A stretch of 62,691 nucleotides of DNA, the filler included. It is 4 parts of 4 records of this genome, joined end to end, with 100 filler letters (N's around TTAATTAATTAA, not from the genome) between each part and the next. Parts side by side here need not be neighbours in the genome. Positions count along the whole stretch, not along the records: positions 37,274 to 58,342 come from SRR20825010_3797; 3 more parts are not named here. The stretch is one strand, 5' to 3'. Of the stretch, positions 47,680 to 58,342 are shown in pieces. The notes beneath the pieces were generated by a model, which was not told where the DNA came from, searched no databases, and saw only the letters and a list, made by a program, of their open reading frames with translations. The position numbers and the translations under genes are program-made. Within the stretch, counting starts at the first letter, position 1, and each line of letters opens with the position of its first letter.

Positions 47680-49203
47680 TTAATATCCTTCGTTCTGTAT
47701 CAGGTTAGGATTAGAACTAACTGCGACTGAAGGAATTGGGAATTTCACACGATGTGATTCTGTATTCGTTTTATATTCCCATGTCTGAGTGAAAGTTCCG
47801 AATCGGATTTGATCGTTTCTTCTCCACCCTTCTTTATACAACTCTCGTGCTCTTTCATCGATCAGCACCTCCAGAGTAGCTGTGGTGGTTGAAGCATTTC
47901 TCAGCGCTCGAAGTTCATTGAGAAGTGCTGTTGCATCGTCACCTGAGGTACCTCCTCGCAAGATTGCTTCGATTTTCATCAAGTGGGCATCCGCATATCG
48001 GTAAAGCACAAATCCTCTCTTGAAGGCCCCACCCGCTGGATTGGTTGGGTGATATTTCAGCATTCTAATGCCTTCATTTTCACCATTTCCAATCAAACCA
48101 GGAAGTTCTGCTGTAAATACCAAAGGATTACCCTGACGATCGTTAAGTGGTCCAGATCCATTTGGGGCATATTGCTGACCTACCAGAAAACCTACTCCTA
48201 AGCTGTCTGTTGGTACATATCCTCTTCGTTCATCCTGCCCACCGTTTGGAGCGTTCGATCCTGGCCCTTCGAATAACTCATAATTGGCTTTTGTAGTGGA
48301 AAAACCATTCCATCCACCTCCTTCATTTCCAGGGGTTCCCTGAAAATAATGGAGACCATTCCAAATATGGAAGCTTACTTCCTGATCTGTGTAGAAGATG
48401 GTTTCCGTATTGTTATCATGACGAGCGAAAATATTGAAATAATCATCTTCGAGTGCATAGCCACTTGCCTTTATAGCATCAACGAGACCAATGACCTGCG
48501 TCATATCCGCTGTTGAAACGGACTCATTAAGATAGATGTGTTTGTTGAGCAATAGTTTAGCCTTCAAGAATCTTGCAGAAGCTTTAGAGGCCTTGATGTT
48601 ATCGGAGGCAGGGCCTGCATCCGGTAGCACCGGAATGGCCGCATCAAGATCGCTTAGTATTTGCGTGACTATTTCCGAAGAAGTCAACACCGTTGGATCC
48701 ACGTCAGGCCCATCATTAACACCACGAATTGGCGCTTTTCCGTAAAAATCCAACAAATAGAACATATTGAAGGCTCTCAGAAATCTGGCTTCAGCTTCCT
48801 GATCCGCAGATGGAGCAGAAGCATCATCCAACATTTGTCCCAATTTGAATACATAAGAGTTGATCATGTTCCATGAGGTCAACACATAGTTGTGATTGGC
48901 ATCCCACTCATGTGTGTGAAGTACTCTCCAGACACCATTGTCTCCCCAGTCAGTACCTCGGGTAGGTACAAACTGTTGATCACCGGTCACCTCATTCAAG
49001 GCATACATGTGCTCCTGGTTGCAATAGTTTCTCAAATCCAAATAAGCAGATGCCAAAACTGCTGTTGGATCAACGCCAGCAAATTCGCCAGTCGCGGTTT
49101 CAATAACCACCGAGTCCTTTTCTTCCACCGTCAAATCTGTGCAAGCCGTGGCTACAAGAAATATTGACAGGATTGGTGTTATATTTTTTATAAAATTTTT
49201 CAT
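47680..49203 (-). CDS. RagB/SusD family lipoprotein
   Basis: Lipobox ATAC; EARFLRA, YRYAD, ERARELYKEGWRRNDQIRFG and QNEGY. Confidence 0.95.
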   Translation of the reverse strand: MKNFIKNITPILSIFLVATACTDLTVEEKDSVVIETATGEFAGVDPTAVLASAYLDLRNYCNQEHMYALNEVTGDQQFVPTRGTDWGDNGVWRVLHTHEWDANHNYVLTSWNMINSYVFKLGQMLDDASAPSADQEAEARFLRAFNMFYLLDFYGKAPIRGVNDGPDVDPTVLTSSEIVTQILSDLDAAIPVLPDAGPASDNIKASKASARFLKAKLLLNKHIYLNESVSTADMTQVIGLVDAIKASGYALEDDYFNIFARHDNNTETIFYTDQEVSFHIWNGLHYFQGTPGNEGGGWNGFSTTKANYELFEGPGSNAPNGGQDERRGYVPTDSLGVGFLVGQQYAPNGSGPLNDRQGNPLVFTAELPGLIGNGENEGIRMLKYHPTNPAGGAFKRGFVLYRYADAHLMKIEAILRGGTSGDDATALLNELRALRNASTTTATLEVLIDERARELYKEGWRRNDQIRFGTFTQTWEYKTNTESHRVKFPIPSVAVSSNPNLIQNEGY

Positions 49204-49234
49204 TTTCTATTAATTTAAATTCAATGATTTTGAA

Positions 49235-52200
49235 TTAAAAACTTGCGTTCAATCCAAACGAAATCGTACGTGCTCTTGGATAAGACGTGTAATCAATACC
49301 TAATGAAGGAACCCCATCTAAAGCTTTGTTCACATTGACTTCCGGATCAAGTCCAGAGTATTTGGTGAACAACAATAGATTTTGACCATTCACAAACAGA
49401 CTCAATGTTTTGATGAAATCACCGGTGTTCTCGAACCTGTATCGAAGTGAAGCATTTTGCAATCTTACAAAATCGCCTTTCTCAAGGAATCTTGTAGACA
49501 CATCAGGAGCATTGGCAGTCGTTTCGCCTGAAGTCAATACATCCTTTGTGACGTTTCGACCACTGTTAATTGCTCCAATGGTGAAGAAGGCATTTTCTGT
49601 ATTGGAATATACATAATGACCAAACTGTCCAGCAAAGGAGGTTGACAAGGTGAAGTTCTTATACTTCGCGCTCAAATTAAGTCCACCATTCACTTTCGGA
49701 ATAGCCCCTTTTCCAAGAAATTTTTGAACGTCACCTTCTGGATAGATAGAAACACCCTCAGAATCAAACCCACCAAATTCTCTCAGATAAAAGGAGAACA
49801 ACGGTTGTCCATCTGAAATCTGCTGTGCAAAAGCACCCGAAAGGCCTTGTCCATTAATCGTTCCTGTTTTCAGATTTGGACCTTTGTAATTGGTTACTTC
49901 GTTATCGTTTTTAGAAAGGTTTATTCCGGCGCTCATAGAGAAGTCACCTGCCTTGATAAAATCATCGTAATTCAACGTGATTTCAAATCCTTTGTTGATT
50001 ACTTCAGCATCCAGGTTCTTCCACGTAAAAGGAGTAGGAGAAGGTTGAGCTGAGTAAACCTGGATCAAAAGATCTGTGGTGTTTTTGTGGTAGTAATCCA
50101 ATGTACCTGACAATTGACCGTTGAGAACACTAAAATCCAAACCAATATTAATCTGTGAAGTTTGCTCCCATTGCAAATCAGGGTTATTAAAGGCCACATC
50201 GCCTAAACCACCATTGTTTACAGTTCCTCCATCGGCAATACTTGGGTCTCCGTACCGCTGACGTTGCTGATGTACATTATGGGGAAGTTCCTGGTTTCCG
50301 GTTACTCCATACCCTGCTCTCAATTTCAGATCGGTAAACGCATCTGGTATAAAAGATTCATCGGACAACCTCCAGGCTGCTGCCACAGAAGGGAAAATAC
50401 CGTAAACGTTGTTTTCCCCAAATTTGGTTGATCCATCAGCCCTTACCGTAGCAGTAAAGAGGTACTTGTCGTTAATGCTGTAGTTCACTCTTCCGAAGAA
50501 AGACTGTAGTTCATCAGTATAGTCGTAAAGATTCGATACCATTGACGTCACGCCGGCGGTATTGACACTTGCAGAACTTTCAGTGGCCACAGTAGGAAAT
50601 AATCTGTTAACCGTTAAACCATTTACGTCATTGCCAAATTGCTGATAAGAACCTGTAATTTGTCCGGCAATTTGATCATGTGCCGCTCGCATGGCTTTGG
50701 TCATATTATCGATGTTTCCATCATCAAATCCCCATCCCTGGATGTTATTTCCACTTGTTTCGAATTTCTGATAGGAATACCCCGCAAGAGCAGAAAGTTT
50801 GGAGTTTCCAAGTTCCTTGTCGTAAGTCAAAAATGCCTCCAACATATTACTTGCAGTTTCCTTATCAGCTATGAAGCCAATACCATTCCCTCCAATTCCG
50901 TTCCCAAAGACTATGTCTTTAGAAAATCCAGCTTCCCTTTCGGAATTACTCCTGTCAAAGCCTGTGTTGATTTTGAAATTCAAATCACTTGTAATATCAT
51001 AGTCGGCCGAAAGGTTGATCAAAGCTCGGGTGGTGTTGGTGCCATCCTGATAATATTTCAGTAATGAATTAGGACTCTTCACATCACCTACCTGCTGATC
51101 ATCCGGATCTGTACTCCATGTTGGGTTGGCCATGATCATCGCACCAATCAAATCGCCTTCAAACCCTGCATTATCAGTTATCATAGGAGCTTCATCAATT
51201 ACTTTTGAAAAAGTACCCCTCACACCTAAATGCAATTTATCATTAAGGAGATTTTGATTGAGGTTCATTCGACCACTTAAACGATCCATTCCTGAATTTT
51301 CAACAATACCATTCTGATCTGCATAACCTAGTGAAACACGGTAATTACCTGTTTTATAGGAATTCGCATATGACAAATCGTGATTGTGAGAAATAGCAGT
51401 CCTAAGCACTTCATCTTGCCAATCGGTAGAATTACCCTGATCCACCTGAGCAACATTGTTCCCAAGTCCGGCATAGCCATCCAAATACTCCTGTGAGTTA
51501 AGCAAATCATATCTCTGGGCAGCTGACGAGATACTGATTGAGTTGCCATAGGTAAATGAACTCTTTTTACCAGCGCCACTTTTTGTTGTGATTAAAACAA
51601 CTCCATTGGCACCTCGGGAACCATAAATAGCCGTTGCAGATGCATCCTTTAGGATATCTATACTCTCAATATCATTTGGATTAATGAAGTTGAGCGGGTT
51701 TTTGGCGGTAGAAGTACCACGTCCTACATCGGCACCACCTGCAGAAACGTCTTCTGCTGTCAGAGGGATACCATCTACAACAAACAGTGGGTTACTACCA
51801 GATCTGACGGAAGCAGTACCACGAATTTTGATATTCACTCCGGCACCTGGCTCACCACTGTTGGAAGTGATTTGTACACCAGAAGCTTTCCCCTGAAAAA
51901 GTTGCTCGGGAGAAGAAATCACTCCTCCGTTGAAATCCTCCGATTTGATGGAGGATACAGATCCCGTGATGTCTTTGGATTCGATCTGCCCGTATCCTAT
52001 GACTACAACCTCTGCCAATTCTTCGACGTTCAACTCCAATTTCACGTTTACAACCGCTCGATTGCCTACAGCAATTTCCTGCGAAATATATCCTACAAAT
52101 GAGACCTGTAAGACGGCATTATCACCTACTGACAAGCTAAAATTGCCATCAAAGTCTGTGATCGTTCCGGTGGTTGTCCCCTTGATGAGAACACTGGCAC

Positions 52201-52315
52201 CAGGTACAGTTTCGCCTGATTCTGAATCAGTAATTTTTCCTGTGATTGTCCGCTCCTGAGCCCAGACGGAAACCGCCAAAACCAGGGACAATACATAAAG
52301 TAAACCTCTCTTCAT
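49235..52315 (-). CDS. SusC/RagA family TonB-dependent transporter
   Basis: ILKDASATAIYGSRGANGVVLITTK, NPDLQWE and YPRARTISFGLNASF. Confidence 0.97.
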   Translation of the reverse strand: MKRGLLYVLSLVLAVSVWAQERTITGKITDSESGETVPGASVLIKGTTTGTITDFDGNFSLSVGDNAVLQVSFVGYISQEIAVGNRAVVNVKLELNVEELAEVVVIGYGQIESKDITGSVSSIKSEDFNGGVISSPEQLFQGKASGVQITSNSGEPGAGVNIKIRGTASVRSGSNPLFVVDGIPLTAEDVSAGGADVGRGTSTAKNPLNFINPNDIESIDILKDASATAIYGSRGANGVVLITTKSGAGKKSSFTYGNSISISSAAQRYDLLNSQEYLDGYAGLGNNVAQVDQGNSTDWQDEVLRTAISHNHDLSYANSYKTGNYRVSLGYADQNGIVENSGMDRLSGRMNLNQNLLNDKLHLGVRGTFSKVIDEAPMITDNAGFEGDLIGAMIMANPTWSTDPDDQQVGDVKSPNSLLKYYQDGTNTTRALINLSADYDITSDLNFKINTGFDRSNSEREAGFSKDIVFGNGIGGNGIGFIADKETASNMLEAFLTYDKELGNSKLSALAGYSYQKFETSGNNIQGWGFDDGNIDNMTKAMRAAHDQIAGQITGSYQQFGNDVNGLTVNRLFPTVATESSASVNTAGVTSMVSNLYDYTDELQSFFGRVNYSINDKYLFTATVRADGSTKFGENNVYGIFPSVAAAWRLSDESFIPDAFTDLKLRAGYGVTGNQELPHNVHQQRQRYGDPSIADGGTVNNGGLGDVAFNNPDLQWEQTSQINIGLDFSVLNGQLSGTLDYYHKNTTDLLIQVYSAQPSPTPFTWKNLDAEVINKGFEITLNYDDFIKAGDFSMSAGINLSKNDNEVTNYKGPNLKTGTINGQGLSGAFAQQISDGQPLFSFYLREFGGFDSEGVSIYPEGDVQKFLGKGAIPKVNGGLNLSAKYKNFTLSTSFAGQFGHYVYSNTENAFFTIGAINSGRNVTKDVLTSGETTANAPDVSTRFLEKGDFVRLQNASLRYRFENTGDFIKTLSLFVNGQNLLLFTKYSGLDPEVNVNKALDGVPSLGIDYTSYPRARTISFGLNASF

Positions 52316-52462
52316 ATTAAAACATTTGGTTAGTTAATATTTAAGCTCCTCCAAGATAAATTTCTCGGATTTAGCATAATTCGTAAGAGCAAGGAAGGCA
52401 ATATTTGGCAATAGAAAAAACGATTTTTCAATTAAAAAGGCCTTTTTTAAAGAATCTTCAAT

Positions 52463-52476
52463 TGCAAACGTTTGTA
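52463..52476. promoter_or_regulatory. LacI-family operator between divergent susC and lacI
   Basis: TGCAAACGTTTGTA near-palindrome with central CG. Confidence 0.75.
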
Positions 52477-52623
52477 TTCCAAATGTTTTTTCACTTTTTT
52501 AAAAACAGTCTTAAGCTAAATATTAACAAATGCTTGTTAAATTGCCGGTTGAAGGATGTACGGAAGAATTCTTCACCACCCAAATGGGGCCCTTCTAACC
52601 AGCTTTTTGAAACAAAACCACTC

Positions 52624-53649
52624 ATGAAAACCGGAAATATCACACTTAAGGATATTGCTAATGAGCTGAAAATATCCATTTCCACTGTATCACGGGCACT
52701 CGCAGACAACCCCCTTGTGAAACAATCCACCAGAGACGCGGTGAAAATGCTAGCCACAAAGTATCACTATAAACCAAATTTCACTGCGTTAAGTCTGAAG
52801 AACAGCAGAACAAAGGCCATCGGAATCATTATCCCGCAAATAGTTCACGAATTTTTCGCACTTGTTATCCGGGGGATTGAAGACTTTGCCTACTCCAATG
52901 GCTACAGTGTGATTATTTGTTCGAGCCATAATTCATATGAAAGGGAGGTTGTTGACGCCCGAACCCTGATAAATGGCCGGGTGGATGGGCTTTTGGCGTG
53001 TATTAGCCGCGACACTTCCAATTTCGATCACTTCAAAGAGTTTGGCGAGCGAAACATGCCAGTTGTCTTTTTCGATTGCATTTGTGATGAAATCGATTCG
53101 TCGAGGGTAATTATCGACGATTTTGACGCTGGCTATAAAGCCACCAAACATCTGATTGACCAGGGGAGCACTAAAATCGCTTATCTGGGTGGCCCCCAGA
53201 GCCTAAACATCAACAAAGACCGAATGAAAGGCTATAAAAAGGCCCTGACTGATGCCGGACTCCTTTTTAAAGAAAGCTGGGTTCGACACACGTCCGGTGG
53301 TGAAGATTTCGAAGAGGGACTGGTATTAAGCAAGCAATTGATAGAAGAAAATGATGTCGATGGGCTTTTTGCATCGACGGATATGCTCGCTATCGGTGCA
53401 ATGAAAAGCATAAAAGCGAAGGGCTTGAAGATTCCTCAGGATATCGCCGTGATTGGGTTTAGCGACTGGGCTATCTCTAAAATATATGAGCCCTCATTAA
53501 GCACCGTGTCGCAACCAGGTTACGAAATGGGTATGAAAGCAGCGGAACTACTCATGGAACAGATTAACCATCCAGAAATCAAAAAAAACACCACACACGT
53601 ATTAAATACGGAAGTTGTAATCCGCGAAAGTTCTTCAAGAAAACTCTAA
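52624..53649 (+). CDS. LacI family transcriptional regulator
   Basis: TLKDIANELKISISTVSRAL HTH; YKPN; IPQDIAVIGF; RES; start moved to ATG 52624. Confidence 0.96.
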   Translation: MKTGNITLKDIANELKISISTVSRALADNPLVKQSTRDAVKMLATKYHYKPNFTALSLKNSRTKAIGIIIPQIVHEFFALVIRGIEDFAYSNGYSVIICSSHNSYEREVVDARTLINGRVDGLLACISRDTSNFDHFKEFGERNMPVVFFDCICDEIDSSRVIIDDFDAGYKATKHLIDQGSTKIAYLGGPQSLNINKDRMKGYKKALTDAGLLFKESWVRHTSGGEDFEEGLVLSKQLIEENDVDGLFASTDMLAIGAMKSIKAKGLKIPQDIAVIGFSDWAISKIYEPSLSTVSQPGYEMGMKAAELLMEQINHPEIKKNTTHVLNTEVVIRESSSRKL

Positions 53650-53857
53650 ATAAATGGTTATAACCACCCAGAATCTATTCTCTAAAGCGACTTTATCCCT
53701 TTCGCTTGTGAGGGCTCGGTTACTTCCGTCAGGCTAAAGGGGCATCTCCACCACTTGTGGTGATCAAAAGGATTTTCAAAATACAAACCTTAGTATTTTG
53801 AAAGAATGAAAATTGCGCTAACTCGTTAATAAAGCTGTGTTTCGTTTTTTCCATCAC

Positions 53858-53890
53858 AAAAAAAAGCCTGACATTTTAAATTGCCAGGCC
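53858..53890 (-). terminator. Terminator after purA
   Basis: Minus strand GCCTGGCA...TGTCAGGC followed by a T-run. Confidence 0.7.
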
Positions 53891-53916
53891 TCTTCTAGTT
53901 GCAAAATATTCTTGTG

Positions 53917-55194
53917 TTATTCAATGATACTTCCCTTCATAATGGTCTCCGTTCTATCCGGACCCAATGACACCAGGTTGATCGGTGCGCTCACCCGTGC
54001 TTCGATGTAAGCGATATAGTCTTTTAGTCCTAATGGCAGGTTTTCGAAATCTTTAGAATCTGTTTTTCCCCAGCCTTTGAATGAATCGTAACTCACTGAA
54101 AAGTCCTGATTATCGAGATACAATGGTAGCTCATCCGTCAATTCATTTTTATAAAGGTAGCTATGACCGATGTTGATCTCATTGAGATCCTCAAGTACAT
54201 CAGCTTTCATCATAAACAATTGCGTGACGCCATTCAGCATAACCGTATAACGAAGGGCCGGAAGATCCAACCACCCACATCGCCTTGGACGACCGGTAGT
54301 TGCTCCAAATTCATTTCCAATTTTCCGTAGTTCCTCACCCGCTGCATTGTTCAGCTCGGTTGGGAACGGGCCGCTACCTACCCTGGTACAATACGCCTTG
54401 AAGATACCGTAAACCTCCCCAATACGACCGGGGGCAACACCCAAACCTGTGCAAGCACCAGCTGCAATGGTGTTGCTACTTGTCACGTAAGGATAGCTTC
54501 CAAAATCGATATCAAGTAAGGAGCCTTGCGCCCCTTCAGCCAGAACGCTCTGTCCATCCAGAATGGCCTGATTCAATAAATATTCTGTACTCAAAATATC
54601 AAATCCACGAACCACCTCAACTGCCTCAAAGAACCTCTTTTCTTCCTCAGAAAGATCCGCTTCGAAATTATAACGTTCCAATATTTCTAAATGGAAATCC
54701 CTTAGTTGTTGGTACCGTGATTCAAAATCAGGCTCATTGATATCCCCAATTCTTAGCCCCTTTCTGGCTGCTTTATCCTGATATGTCGGGCCAATGCCGC
54801 GAAGTGTAGACCCGATTTTTTTATCTCCTTTGGCTATTTCATAGGCTTTATCCAACATTCTGTGCGTTGGGATAATCATCTGCGCCTTGTTAGAAATGAC
54901 CAGGTGTCGCTTCAGGTCAAGGTTATAAGGTTTCAAATCTTCAATTTCCTTTTTGAAGGTAATCGGGTCCAGAACCACTCCATTCCCAATCACATTGAGA
55001 ATGCCTTCATGAAAAATCCCTGAAGGGATCTGGTGCAACACATGTTTGTGTCCATCAAATTCCAATGTGTGACCAGCGTTCGGCCCTCCCTGAAAACGGG
55101 CAACCACATCATACTTTGGTGCTAAAAAGTCCACAATTTTTCCCTTGCCCTCATCTCCCCATTGAAGACCTAACAAAATATCTACTGATGACAT
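53917..55194 (-). CDS. purA: Adenylosuccinate synthetase
   Basis: GLQWGDEGKGK, GGPNAGHT and GATTGRPRRCGW. Confidence 0.98.
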   Translation of the reverse strand: MSSVDILLGLQWGDEGKGKIVDFLAPKYDVVARFQGGPNAGHTLEFDGHKHVLHQIPSGIFHEGILNVIGNGVVLDPITFKKEIEDLKPYNLDLKRHLVISNKAQMIIPTHRMLDKAYEIAKGDKKIGSTLRGIGPTYQDKAARKGLRIGDINEPDFESRYQQLRDFHLEILERYNFEADLSEEEKRFFEAVEVVRGFDILSTEYLLNQAILDGQSVLAEGAQGSLLDIDFGSYPYVTSSNTIAAGACTGLGVAPGRIGEVYGIFKAYCTRVGSGPFPTELNNAAGEELRKIGNEFGATTGRPRRCGWLDLPALRYTVMLNGVTQLFMMKADVLEDLNEINIGHSYLYKNELTDELPLYLDNQDFSVSYDSFKGWGKTDSKDFENLPLGLKDYIAYIEARVSAPINLVSLGPDRTETIMKGSIIE

Positions 55195-55198
55195 ACGA

Positions 55199-55540
55199 TT
55201 ACTTTGAGATTTTATTTAACGCTTCCGTTTCAGTATTTACAATGCTGAAAATGGCGTGTAGTTTGGTGATTATTAATAATTTTTTCACGTGTTCCGAAGG
55301 GTTGATCAAATAAATTTCCCCGGATTTATTTCTGAATTTTGTAAGTATGGTAATCAACACGCCTATTCCGCTGCTATTGATGTATCGAACATCCGAAATA
55401 TCAATCAGACAATACTTCACATTCTTGTTTAGTGCATCATTTACTAATTCAACAAGATCCGGACCGTTGTTTTCTCCGATTAAGTCCCCTTTAAAAACCA
55501 GCTTTAATGTTTTTTTATCTACCGAATGGGAATAGTTCAT
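55199..55540 (-). CDS. STAS-domain anti-sigma-factor antagonist
   Basis: [16 protein letters not shown]. Confidence 0.9.
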   Translation of the reverse strand: MNYSHSVDKKTLKLVFKGDLIGENNGPDLVELVNDALNKNVKYCLIDISDVRYINSSGIGVLITILTKFRNKSGEIYLINPSEHVKKLLIITKLHAIFSIVNTETEALNKISK

Positions 55541-56004
55541 TTTGAGGTTGTTTTGTTTTCACAGTTTGCTTTCGTGCAATTTCCGTAAAGGATCAAAGAA
55601 TGATGAATCACATCGAATTGCAAGACTTCACTAACGGTGTTTTGAATGTTTTGGATACGTGGATCACAAAATTCTGATACCTTATTGCAGTCGATACAGA
55701 TCAGGTGGTCGTGCTGCCGGAATCCATATGATTTCTCATACTGCGCCAGATTTTTGCCAAACTGATGTTTGGTTACCAAATCGCACTCTACAAGTAAATC
55801 AAGCGTGTTATAAACGGTGGCACGGCTAACCCTGTAATTCTTATCCTTCATGCTGATGTAGAGGTTTTCCACATCAAAATGCCCCGACCGGAAGTAAATT
55901 TCCTCCAAAATGGCATATCTCTCAGGTGTTTTTCTAAGCGTCTTTCTTTCCAAAAAAGCCGTGAAAATTCTTTTCACCTCCTCAAATATGACCTCTTGCT
56001 GCAT
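55537..56004 (-). CDS. fur: Fur family transcriptional regulator
   Basis: [17 protein letters not shown] and [10 protein letters not shown]. Confidence 0.9.
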   Translation of the reverse strand: MQQEVIFEEVKRIFTAFLERKTLRKTPERYAILEEIYFRSGHFDVENLYISMKDKNYRVSRATVYNTLDLLVECDLVTKHQFGKNLAQYEKSYGFRQHDHLICIDCNKVSEFCDPRIQNIQNTVSEVLQFDVIHHSLILYGNCTKANCENKTTSK

Positions 56005-56040
56005 TTCAACGCAAATATAGGAGAGTCCTGCGATTTATGA

Positions 56041-58248
56041 TTAACTATCTCGGGATACTGAAAATACGCCTTGAACCGCCTCCAAATTCTTAATCAGATG
56101 TTCCAAATGAGATGTATCATTTACATAGAGCTGAATCTCTCCTTCAAAAATACCACCTTCTGTGTTAATAGACATGGAGCGCATGTTTACTTTCAGTTCG
56201 CTTGAAATCAGACGCGAAACGTCGTTGATAAGGCCCATTCGATCCGCTCCAATGATCTTTAGTGATGCCAGAAATGAATTATCCTTGCTGGAAGTCCATC
56301 GGGCCTTTATGATCCTATAACCATAATTGGATAACAAAGCAGCCGCATTAGGACAATTGGTTCTATGGATTTTAATTCCTTCAGTAACCGTAACAAAACC
56401 AAAAACATCATCCCCACTAATCGGATTGCAACATTTTGCAAATTGATAGTCAATCACATCCATATCCTCACCGATCAAAAGCAAATCAGGATTCTGATTT
56501 TTGACGCCCTTGACTGATTCCTTATTTACATTCTGGTCTGAAACCCTGCCCCCCTGTTTCGAGATTTCGGGCTTATGGTCTACAAACTTCTTTATTTCGT
56601 TGTGATCAATTTTTCCTTTCCCAATGAGATAAAAAAGATCCGTAGGCGTTTTTACCTCGAAATAGGAAACGAGTTGTTCTATGACATCCTGATTGAAATT
56701 GAGTTTTAGCTGCTTGATTTTCCTTTTTACAACCTCTTTCCCTTCAACCGCAAATTGCTTTTTCTCTTCTTTCAGGGAGTCTTTGATGTTGTTTTTGGCC
56801 TTCGAGGTGACTACATATTTTAACCAATCTTCCTTTGGTCGTTGTTTTTTAGAGGTCAGTATCTCGACCTGATCCCCATTTTTTAGTTCATAATTAAGTG
56901 GAACCAGTTTTTGATTCACTTTGGCCCCCAAGCAGTGCGCGCCAATTTGCGAGTGAATATCAAATGCAAAATCCAGTGCTGTTGCTCCATTCGGCATGGT
57001 TATCAAATCCCCTTTTGGAGTGAACGCGAAAACCTCCTCCTGAAAAAGACTGGATCGAAAGTCATCGACAAACTCGATGGCCGAAGCATCGTTTTGTTCA
57101 AGAATTTCGCGAACCTTACTAATCCACATCTCCAATCCCTGATCTCCCGGAGCATCTTTACTCTCCTTGTATTTCCAATGCGCAGCATACCCTTTCTCAG
57201 CGATATCATCCATCCGCCTGGTTCGGATTTGCACTTCTACCCATTGCCCACGTCCGCTCATTACTGTTGTGTGTAGCGATTCATAGCCATTTGATTTGGG
57301 AATGCTGATCCAATCCCTCAGACGATCCGGGTTGGGCTGGTAGTAATCCGTGACTATCGAATAAACCTGCCAGCAAGCCGCTTTTTCATTCTCCAGCTCC
57401 GTATCCACGATAATCCGTATCGCAAACAAGTCATATACTTCTTCAAAAGACACGTTTTGCTTACGCATCTTATTAAGGATGGAATGAATGGATTTAGGTC
57501 GTCCTTTGATTTCATAAGAAAAATCCTGAGCATTCAACTCGTCCTTGATTGGCTTTATCAGGTTTCTGATAAACTTATTGCGAACATCTTTGGTAGCGTT
57601 GATTTTGTTCGCAATATGAATGTAGGTCTCCCTGTCGGTATATTTCAGGTATAAATCTTCCAGCTCGGACTTGATCGCATAGAGGCCCAACCTATGAGCC
57701 AGCGGAGCATATATATATATAGTCTCATTGGCGATCTTCAGTTGCTTGTCCCGAGGCATGCTGCCCAGTGTCCGCATATTGTGTAGTCTGTCCGCTAGCT
57801 TAATAAGAATCACACGAACATCATCCGATAGGGTGAGTAGCATCTTGCGGAAATTCTCAGCCTGCTGCGAGCTCCCCTGGTCAAAAACTCCTGAAATCTT
57901 GGTTAATCCGTCAATGATTCTGGCGACTTTTCTACCAAATAATCGCTCAATATCGGCCAAAGTCATATCGGTATCCTCCACAACATCGTGTAGAAGGGCC
58001 GCAATTATGGAAGTAGAACCAAGGCCAATTTCGACTACACAAATCTGAGCCACCTCTAATGGGTGGAAAATATACGGTTCCCCAGATTTGCGGCGCATGT
58101 CTTTATGTGCCTCTGCTGATATCGTAAAGGCCTTTTTGATGATGGTGGAATCTCCATCTTTCAAAACTGGCTTGGCATGTCTGAGGAGTTTTCGGTACCT
58201 GCGAATGATTTCCTTTCTCTCTTCTTCTAAATCAACATCTAAAATCAT
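56041..58248 (-). CDS. Bifunctional (p)ppGpp synthetase/hydrolase (RelA/SpoT homolog)
   Basis: RKSGEPY, LHDVVED, KLADRLHNMRT, NGYESLHT and AAHWKYK; TGS and ACT domains. Confidence 0.97.
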   Translation of the reverse strand: MILDVDLEEERKEIIRRYRKLLRHAKPVLKDGDSTIIKKAFTISAEAHKDMRRKSGEPYIFHPLEVAQICVVEIGLGSTSIIAALLHDVVEDTDMTLADIERLFGRKVARIIDGLTKISGVFDQGSSQQAENFRKMLLTLSDDVRVILIKLADRLHNMRTLGSMPRDKQLKIANETIYIYAPLAHRLGLYAIKSELEDLYLKYTDRETYIHIANKINATKDVRNKFIRNLIKPIKDELNAQDFSYEIKGRPKSIHSILNKMRKQNVSFEEVYDLFAIRIIVDTELENEKAACWQVYSIVTDYYQPNPDRLRDWISIPKSNGYESLHTTVMSGRGQWVEVQIRTRRMDDIAEKGYAAHWKYKESKDAPGDQGLEMWISKVREILEQNDASAIEFVDDFRSSLFQEEVFAFTPKGDLITMPNGATALDFAFDIHSQIGAHCLGAKVNQKLVPLNYELKNGDQVEILTSKKQRPKEDWLKYVVTSKAKNNIKDSLKEEKKQFAVEGKEVVKRKIKQLKLNFNQDVIEQLVSYFEVKTPTDLFYLIGKGKIDHNEIKKFVDHKPEISKQGGRVSDQNVNKESVKGVKNQNPDLLLIGEDMDVIDYQFAKCCNPISGDDVFGFVTVTEGIKIHRTNCPNAAALLSNYGYRIIKARWTSSKDNSFLASLKIIGADRMGLINDVSRLISSELKVNMRSMSINTEGGIFEGEIQLYVNDTSHLEHLIKNLEAVQGVFSVSRDS

Positions 58249-58312
58249 AAAATAAAATTAATCGCACCCTTGACGATTTTAAAATTACGGTTATCTTTGC
58301 ACTCCGTTTCGA

Positions 58313-58342
58313 GCGGATGTGGCGAAATTGGTAGACGCACTA
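58313..58342 (+). tRNA. tRNA-Leu, 5' fragment (cut before the anticodon)
   Basis: GCGGATGTGGCGAAATTGGTAGACGCACTA; TATCTTTG -7 element at 58292-58299. Confidence 0.85.

Noticed and set aside
52405-52623. N-terminal extension of LacI in the ORF track (similarly 902-970, 8952-9035, 27028-27474)
   Set aside because: Upstream in-frame run-on over promoter DNA or neighbouring genes; family motifs start at the later start codons.
53917-58248. relA/spoT-fur-STAS-purA cluster as a novel regulatory system
   Set aside because: All are housekeeping genes in an order I recall as common in Bacteroidota.
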